Program-made: the position numbers and the translations under genes | Shown: piece by piece, positions 58,767 through 64,000 of the stretch | Layout: every line of letters starts with the position of its first letter | Numbering within the stretch: position 1 is the stretch's first letter | Notes under the pieces: model-generated | Told to the model about the DNA's origin: nothing | Database searches by the model: none | The model's input: only the letters and a program-made list of their open reading frames with translations | Assembly (NCBI GenBank): GCA_963713045.1 | Contig: CAVQKE010000004.1 | Coordinates: 512,001-576,000, forward strand | DNA: 64,000 nucleotides | Direction: 5' to 3' | Source: an uncultured delta proteobacterium | GTDB taxonomy: Bacteria > Myxococcota > Myxococcia > Myxococcales > Myxococcaceae

Positions 58767-59201
58767 GTGACGAGCCGAGTCGGTGGGGAGGTGGACGGCT
58801 TCTGCGGCAAGTGCAAGATGGTACTTGCCCACACGGTGCTGGCCATGGTGGGCGCCACCATTGCACGTGTGCGGTGCAATACCTGCGGCTCGGACCACGC
58901 CTTTCGCCGAACCTCCGGGACTTCTGCGTCGGCGAGGGGCCGCACCGCCGCGCGACCCACCCGAGAGGTGCTGGGCTTCGAGGCGCAACTGCAAGCCCGG
59001 GGGGTCGACACGGCGCGCGCCTACAGCCCGCGGGCGACATTCCAAGTGGACGAGCTCATTTCGCACCCGACGTTCGGACTTGGAATCGTCCGCGCCGTGC
59101 GGCGGGACAAGGTGGACGTCGCCTTCAAAGCCGCCGAGCGGACCCTCATCCACGGACGCCCCGTCGCAAGCGGGACAGAGAGCCAAACGACCGAGCATTG
59201 A
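58767..59201 (+). CDS. Small Zn-ribbon protein with PcrA/UvrD-type Tudor-like C-terminus
   Basis: CGKC...CNTCGSDH; FQVDELISHPTFGLGIV...KVDVAF...RTL. Confidence 0.7.
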   Translation: MTSRVGGEVDGFCGKCKMVLAHTVLAMVGATIARVRCNTCGSDHAFRRTSGTSASARGRTAARPTREVLGFEAQLQARGVDTARAYSPRATFQVDELISHPTFGLGIVRAVRRDKVDVAFKAAERTLIHGRPVASGTESQTTEH

Positions 59202-59209
59202 GCGCCGGG

Positions 59210-60565
59210 ATGCACCGACTGCGTCTCGCCAGGCCCGGCCTCGCCTTGGGCTTGGCGGCGCTCCTTTCGCCCCTGGGGGCCGGGGCGGCCCCCCTGGTGG
59301 AGGCCGAGCCGTCCAGGGTGGTCCTCGGTGCGGGCACCCAGGTGCACATCACTGTCCGGGGCAGCGGTGGTCCGCTGCATGGTGTGGCCAGCGCGGGGAC
59401 ACTGTCCCCACTGGGCGAAGGCGGCGGCACGGCAAGCTTCCTCTGGACGCCTCCCGCGCCGCGAGCGCCCCTGGTTGCGGTGATGGCGTTTTGGGAGGGG
59501 AGTGCTCTCAGCCTCTCCGGCGTCACCACCCTCACCCTACCCTGCAGCGGTCGTACCGAACTCGCCATTGACACCGAACCCGGTGCCCGAGTCACAGTGG
59601 AAATCTCTGGGGCTCATTTTGGGCCGCGCAGGGCCGACGCTCGTGGAAAGTTGCGAATGCCGGTGGAAGTGCCGCCGATGGCACACGAGGCCCGCATCAC
59701 CGCCGAGGTGGGGGAGCAAGGGAAAGTCCGGGTGGTCCCTCTCGCAGTCGCGCCCAGCCCCTGGGTGTGGGCCGTCGACCCGCCGGTGCTCGCGGCCGGC
59801 ACCGAGGGCCGAGCCTTGCTGGTTGCGCCAGAGGAACTCGGCGCGGACCTGGTGGTGAAGGCCACGGGCGGCCAGCTGGAGCGCCAGGCGCAGGAGGCCA
59901 ACCGTGTCCTGTACCGAGTCACTGCCGCGCCCGAAGCCAAAGGCATGGTGCTGGAAGCGGCCCTCGCTGGGGAAGACACCCCGCGCGCCAGCGCGGTGCT
60001 TGAAATCTTGCCCCCGGCTCAACTGGCACCGGCGGCAACGCGGCCCCCAGAGGCCGGTGGCCGTCTGCTGGAGGTCGGAGCGGCGGCGGGTGTCTTCTTC
60101 GCGGGTGGCCACAACCTGGGGCCGGCATTCGCCGCCTCCTTTGCTCTCGCCCCCTGGCGCTTTCCCCTGTTCCTCGAAGTCGAGCTGGGCGTGCGAGCGG
60201 CTTGGTTCTCAAGCGTCGTTCCAGGGTTGGGCACCGCCTGGTCGACGCTGGTCGTATTCCCCATCGACGCAGCGGTCCGTGGCCCGGTCTGGAGCGGTGG
60301 GCGCTGGACTGTCGAGCTTCACGCCGGCGGCGGTCTGCTTCTGGGGACGAATTGGCTCACCTCGAATTTTGGCCAGGCTTCCGCCGAGGCGGTGGCTGGG
60401 TGGGAAGTCTACGGTGGAGCACAACTCAGCTACCGCGCCGGCCCCTTTTTTCCTTACGCCGAGGTCCGGGGTGCATACGCCGTCGTGACTGGGACGAATT
60501 TGACGGCAAACCCCGGCGGCCTGCTGGTCCTGCTGGGCTTTCATTGGCGAGCGCGGCTTCCGTGA
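59210..60565 (+). CDS. Exported protein with Ig-like region and probable C-terminal outer-membrane beta-barrel
   Basis: Signal peptide ending AGA; beta-rich middle; alternating-strand C-terminus ending LLGFHWR; ATG 59210. Confidence 0.6.
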   Translation: MHRLRLARPGLALGLAALLSPLGAGAAPLVEAEPSRVVLGAGTQVHITVRGSGGPLHGVASAGTLSPLGEGGGTASFLWTPPAPRAPLVAVMAFWEGSALSLSGVTTLTLPCSGRTELAIDTEPGARVTVEISGAHFGPRRADARGKLRMPVEVPPMAHEARITAEVGEQGKVRVVPLAVAPSPWVWAVDPPVLAAGTEGRALLVAPEELGADLVVKATGGQLERQAQEANRVLYRVTAAPEAKGMVLEAALAGEDTPRASAVLEILPPAQLAPAATRPPEAGGRLLEVGAAAGVFFAGGHNLGPAFAASFALAPWRFPLFLEVELGVRAAWFSSVVPGLGTAWSTLVVFPIDAAVRGPVWSGGRWTVELHAGGGLLLGTNWLTSNFGQASAEAVAGWEVYGGAQLSYRAGPFFPYAEVRGAYAVVTGTNLTANPGGLLVLLGFHWRARLP

Positions 60566-61215
60566 TGGGACGCTGGGCGCTGCTTTGCGGCCTGCCGCTC
60601 CTCGGCTGTGGCAACCAGCCGCTGCCTCCCGTTTCCATCACGTCGGTCGTGCCGGGGACGATGGTGGCCTCCCAGCCCACCGCCGTCAGCGTGCAGGTGG
60701 TGGCCCAATTGGCCGTTCAAATCGATTACGGCCAGAGCGAACTGGATGTGAATACGCAAATCCAGGTGGAGATTGGCCCAGAGGCCGTCGGGTCTGGCAC
60801 CTACCCTCCTGGGGGCCTGGTGCAGGGGACACTGGCCACGGTGCTCGCTCCTGGCACCTACGATGCCAGCGTCAAAATGGGCGATGGCCGTACAGCGCTG
60901 AGCCCTGGGGCCTTGACGGTGACGCCTGGCACCTGGCCCCGCGCCTATGCCATTGACCCGGTGGGCGACCAAACGTCCGGCGTGCCCTTTTCGGCCACTC
61001 TCCGCGCCGTCGGCCCGGGGGCTTCCAGCTTCAACGGCAACGTGCTGTTGAGCCTCATCGGCGGTGGAACGCTGACTCCAGGAGTGTCCGGAGCGTTCTC
61101 CGCAGGCCTCTGTATCCAAACAATCGTCGTGACTGGAACGGGTGAAACCACGTTGGTCGTCAGCGACATCGCCGGGAGCACCGGTCAATCGCTTCCCTTC
61201 ACTGTTGGCCCATGA
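60565..61215 (+). CDS. Lipoprotein with Ig/IPT-like domains
   Basis: MGRWALLCGLPLLGC lipobox; ITSVVPG, LAPGTYD, QTSGVPFS; TGATG overlap with the upstream gene. Confidence 0.65.
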   Translation: MGRWALLCGLPLLGCGNQPLPPVSITSVVPGTMVASQPTAVSVQVVAQLAVQIDYGQSELDVNTQIQVEIGPEAVGSGTYPPGGLVQGTLATVLAPGTYDASVKMGDGRTALSPGALTVTPGTWPRAYAIDPVGDQTSGVPFSATLRAVGPGASSFNGNVLLSLIGGGTLTPGVSGAFSAGLCIQTIVVTGTGETTLVVSDIAGSTGQSLPFTVGP

Positions 61216-61898
61216 CGGCGGAGCACGTCCAGCGCGCGCCGCATGTCCTCCGGCAGAGGCGCCTGCACGTCTACCGAAGGAAGAATGCCGCTGCCCTGCA
61301 GCACCAGACGGGAGGCGTGAAGGGGGGTGCGCCCCAGCACCACCTCGTCAGTAGTCCCGCCTAAGGCAAGCTCGCTGAGCGCCTCCGGCCTGCCGTACTG
61401 AGGGTCCACCAAGAGGGGCGAACCGGCGGCTTGCAAGTGCAGGCGAATTTGGTGCGTCCGGCCGGTGAGCGGCTCCGCCTCCACCAGGCCTCCCCGGGCG
61501 TACGCTTCCAGCGGGCGAAGGCGCGTTTGCGCCACCTTCCCGGCTTCCCCCTCGCGGGTCAGGCGCATCCGCCCTCGTCTTGCTGGAGTCAGCGGCACCT
61601 CCACCAGCCGGGGCGCTTCCAGGGGCGGCGACACGAGAGCGAGGTACGTCTTTCGTACCTTTCCGGTCTGGAAGGCCCAATTGGCCGCCCGGTGGCAGTC
61701 GGCGTCGAGGGCAAAAAGCACCACGCCGCTTGTGTCCCGGTCGAGCCGGTGGATGACCCACACCGGCTGGCCGAGGCTGGTCTCAAGATGCGTGCGCAAG
61801 CAGGCGACTTCTCGCCGTCCGGGCACCACCAGCATTCCAGGTGGTTTGTTGACTGCCACCAGCCCCCCGTCCCGCCACAAGAGCGGGAGGTCCCTCAT
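61185..61898 (-). CDS. RluA-family pseudouridine synthase
   Basis: VNKPPG, HRLDRDTSG, KTYLALV, TGRTHQIRLH, DPQYG, LHA. Confidence 0.93.
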   Translation of the reverse strand: MRDLPLLWRDGGLVAVNKPPGMLVVPGRREVACLRTHLETSLGQPVWVIHRLDRDTSGVVLFALDADCHRAANWAFQTGKVRKTYLALVSPPLEAPRLVEVPLTPARRGRMRLTREGEAGKVAQTRLRPLEAYARGGLVEAEPLTGRTHQIRLHLQAAGSPLLVDPQYGRPEALSELALGGTTDEVVLGRTPLHASRLVLQGSGILPSVDVQAPLPEDMRRALDVLRRHGPTVKGSD

Positions 61899-63223
61899 AG
61901 GAGGTCTCTGGCCGGGACCACCGTCACCTCGCCGAGTCCCTCGGCGGCACGTTGAAGTTCCTCGCCCGGTCCCACCAGCACCACCGCCGGAGGGCGTGGG
62001 AAGCAGAAGCGCGCGGCGGCGAGTGCCGCCTCGGCGCGGGTTACGGCGCGGATGCGCGAGCGGTAGCGGTCGACCCAGTCCCACCCCAAGGCGTACACCC
62101 ACAAGTCTGCGATGGTGCTCGCCACCGCCTCGTTGGTTTCGACACGGAGGGGGAACAGGCCGGCCAGGTATTCCTGAGCCTTTGCCACTTCCGACGCGGT
62201 TGGCCCACGCTTTTGCATCCGCTCCACCTCGCGCAGCGTGACGTCCAGCAGTGCGCGCGCCGTCTTCAGCTTGGTGAAAGAAGACACCGAAAAGCTACCT
62301 CCGGAGCGCATCGTCTCGAAGCTGGTGCCCACGCCGTAGGAGAGGCCCCGCTTGACGCGGACCTCACGCACCAAGCGAGAGGTGAAGCCTCCTCCCAGGG
62401 CCGCATTCATCACCTGCGCCGCAAAGGTCTCCGGCTCTCCGCGGCGGTAGGCGAGCCCGCCCAGGCGCACCTGGGCCTGCGTTTGGTCCGGGCGGTCCAC
62501 CACCACCACCTTTCCCTCGGATGCCGCTTGTGTCAGCCGCGGGGGCACTGCCGGTCCGTCTGGGCCGCCCGACCAGCCAGCGAAGGCGCGCTCCACCATC
62601 GGGCGGGCCGAAGCCTCCTCGACGGCGCCGACGAGAACCAGCTCCGAGACCCGCGGCCCAATCTGACCGTGGTGGAAGGCGACCACGTCCTCGCGCGTCA
62701 GCCGTTCCACAGAGGCACGGTTTCCCGCCACGTCGTGCCCATAGGGGTGGGTGCCCCAGATGGCGCGCTGAAGCGCGCGGTCTGCCAGCAGCCCTGGGTC
62801 GTCGAGGTCATTGGCGAACTGCGCCAGGGTGCGCTCGCGTTGGGTCTCAAACTCGTGCTTTGGGAAGGTGGGCTCTCGCACCATTTGCGCGAGGACGTCC
62901 AGCATTCCGGAAAGGTGCTCCGCCGGCGTGGTCACGGCCAAGGCGACGAAGTCCTCAGAAGCGAAGACGGCCAAGCTGCCGCCCACGAATTCCACCGCCT
63001 CGTTGAGTGCGTCGGCGTTCAGACGCGCGGTCCCTCGGCGCATGAGGCGGACGGTGAAGTCTGCCACGCCGAGGCGCTCCGGGGGGTCGGCGGATGCGCC
63101 CGACTGCACCAGCAGCCGGAGCGACACCAGCGGGACGCGGCCGCGCCGGGACACCTCCACCCGCAGCCCGTCGGCGGTGGTGAAGGTGGACCTCGGTGGC
63201 AGAATGCGCTCAGCACGCCTCAC
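61895..63223 (-). CDS. M16 (pitrilysin-like) peptidase, non-catalytic partner subunit
   Basis: GVADFTVRLMRRGT replaces HxxEH; HPYG, LGGGFTSRL, VRVKRGLSYG; GTG overlaps the upstream stop. Confidence 0.88.
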   Translation of the reverse strand: MRRAERILPPRSTFTTADGLRVEVSRRGRVPLVSLRLLVQSGASADPPERLGVADFTVRLMRRGTARLNADALNEAVEFVGGSLAVFASEDFVALAVTTPAEHLSGMLDVLAQMVREPTFPKHEFETQRERTLAQFANDLDDPGLLADRALQRAIWGTHPYGHDVAGNRASVERLTREDVVAFHHGQIGPRVSELVLVGAVEEASARPMVERAFAGWSGGPDGPAVPPRLTQAASEGKVVVVDRPDQTQAQVRLGGLAYRRGEPETFAAQVMNAALGGGFTSRLVREVRVKRGLSYGVGTSFETMRSGGSFSVSSFTKLKTARALLDVTLREVERMQKRGPTASEVAKAQEYLAGLFPLRVETNEAVASTIADLWVYALGWDWVDRYRSRIRAVTRAEAALAAARFCFPRPPAVVLVGPGEELQRAAEGLGEVTVVPARDLL

Positions 63224-64000
63224 GCCGAGGCCCCGGGCACCAGCGTCACCACCGAGCGCTGGGACGGCAAGAGGTAGCGGGCGGCCACCGCTTGGACCGC
63301 GGCTGCGTCCACCTGCGCATAGCGCTCGGCGAGACGCAGCCCGGCCCGCCATGAGCCGAGGTAGGCCTCGTAGCTTCCTAACGCATGCGCTCGCCCGGAG
63401 CTGGTGGTGAGCTCGCGCATCAGGTGTGCACGCAGGTTGTTCTTGGCCTTGGAGAGCTCTCGCTCGGTCACGCCCTGTTCCACCACCCGTGCCAGCTCCC
63501 GGTAGAGGGCTGCCTCGACGCGGGCCGGCTCGCCGTCCGGAGCAAGCTCGGCATGGAAGAGCAGAACGCCTGGGTCGAGCCTCCAGCTCCAGTCCATTCC
63601 GATGTCCACCACGACTCTCTCCTCGTACACCAAGCGCTCGGTGAGCCGGCTCCCCTCCCCCACCGCGAGGATGAATTCGAGCACGTCCAGCGTCACGGCG
63701 TCGGGGTGCGCGACTGGCGGCCCGCGGTAGGCCACCAGCAAACCGGGCGCCTGGGCCGGATGGGACACGACGCTCCGGCGTTCACCTCGCTGGGGAGGCT
63801 CGGCATTCACCACCGTCGGCACCGGAGGGCCGCGGGGAATGTCGCCGTAGGCCCGCCGCACTCGGCGCAGCGTGGCCTCCGGTTCGACGGCGCCGGCAAT
63901 CCACAGCACGGCGTTGCTGGGCGCGTAGTAGGTCCGGAAATACGCCTCGCAGTCTTGCCGGCGGATGGCCTCGATGTCGCCCATCCACCCGATGACTGGC
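63220..64000 (-). CDS. M16 peptidase subunit (5' part beyond the window)
   Basis: PVIGWMGDI, YFRTYYAPSNA, GEGSRLTERLV, ELSKAKN. Confidence 0.88.
   Translation of the reverse strand, partial: PVIGWMGDIEAIRRQDCEAYFRTYYAPSNAVLWIAGAVEPEATLRRVRRAYGDIPRGPPVPTVVNAEPPQRGERRSVVSHPAQAPGLLVAYRGPPVAHPDAVTLDVLEFILAVGEGSRLTERLVYEERVVVDIGMDWSWRLDPGVLLFHAELAPDGEPARVEAALYRELARVVEQGVTERELSKAKNNLRAHLMRELTTSSGRAHALGSYEAYLGSWRAGLRLAERYAQVDAAAVQAVAARYLLPSQRSVVTLVPGASA

Noticed and set aside
58742..59209. N-terminal 156 aa of the 607-aa ORF
   Set aside because: It overlaps the better-supported Zn-ribbon gene in another frame, and a clear signal peptide starts at ATG 59210.

Overview
High-GC bacterial chromosome segment. 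Gene content and recurrent PDAG/DGG-type exported proteins suggest Myxococcota (inference; no database search was run). Left to right: (1) a partial Uup-like ABC-F and small stress genes; (2) a two-gene unit encoding a NAPE-PLD-like metallo-beta-lactamase and an ACER3-like (eukaryote-type) alkaline ceramidase; (3) a minus-strand run, acyl-CoA catabolism > meaB > rnc > two cyclophilins > era > der > yfgM-like > bamB-like > mutT-like > yprB-like; (4) a Bacillus yng/liu-type branched-chain acyl-CoA cluster whose B12 mutase has isobutyryl-CoA-mutase (Phe/Gln) rather than methylmalonyl-CoA-mutase (Tyr/Arg) residues, transcribed divergently from (5) a sphingolipid operon, spt (with a ~115-aa C-terminal extension) - bCerS - reductase - second diverged bCerS, then fbaB; (6) an accessory block at ~31.8-47.5 kb (USP, Cys-rich Pmp-like exported protein, altered CADD-like oxidase, 2918-aa cyclic beta-1,2-glucan synthase, orphan TAXI protein) ending near tRNA-Ala(GGC) and tRNA-Leu(CAA); (7) core genes miaA, hisS, psd, an AdoK-like kinase, alr-mlaEFD (long, barrel-tailed MlaD), a Zn-ribbon/Tudor protein, an RluA-family enzyme and an M16 peptidase pair. 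The best candidate for an undescribed system is a sphingolipid make-and-break circuit: an isobutyryl-CoA-mutase-like/liu cluster that could supply primers, a dual-ceramide-synthase operon, and the PLD-like/ACER3-like catabolic pair. I found no CRISPR array, integrase or transposase. Family assignments come from motif recognition and recalled reference sequences, and functional links are inference.
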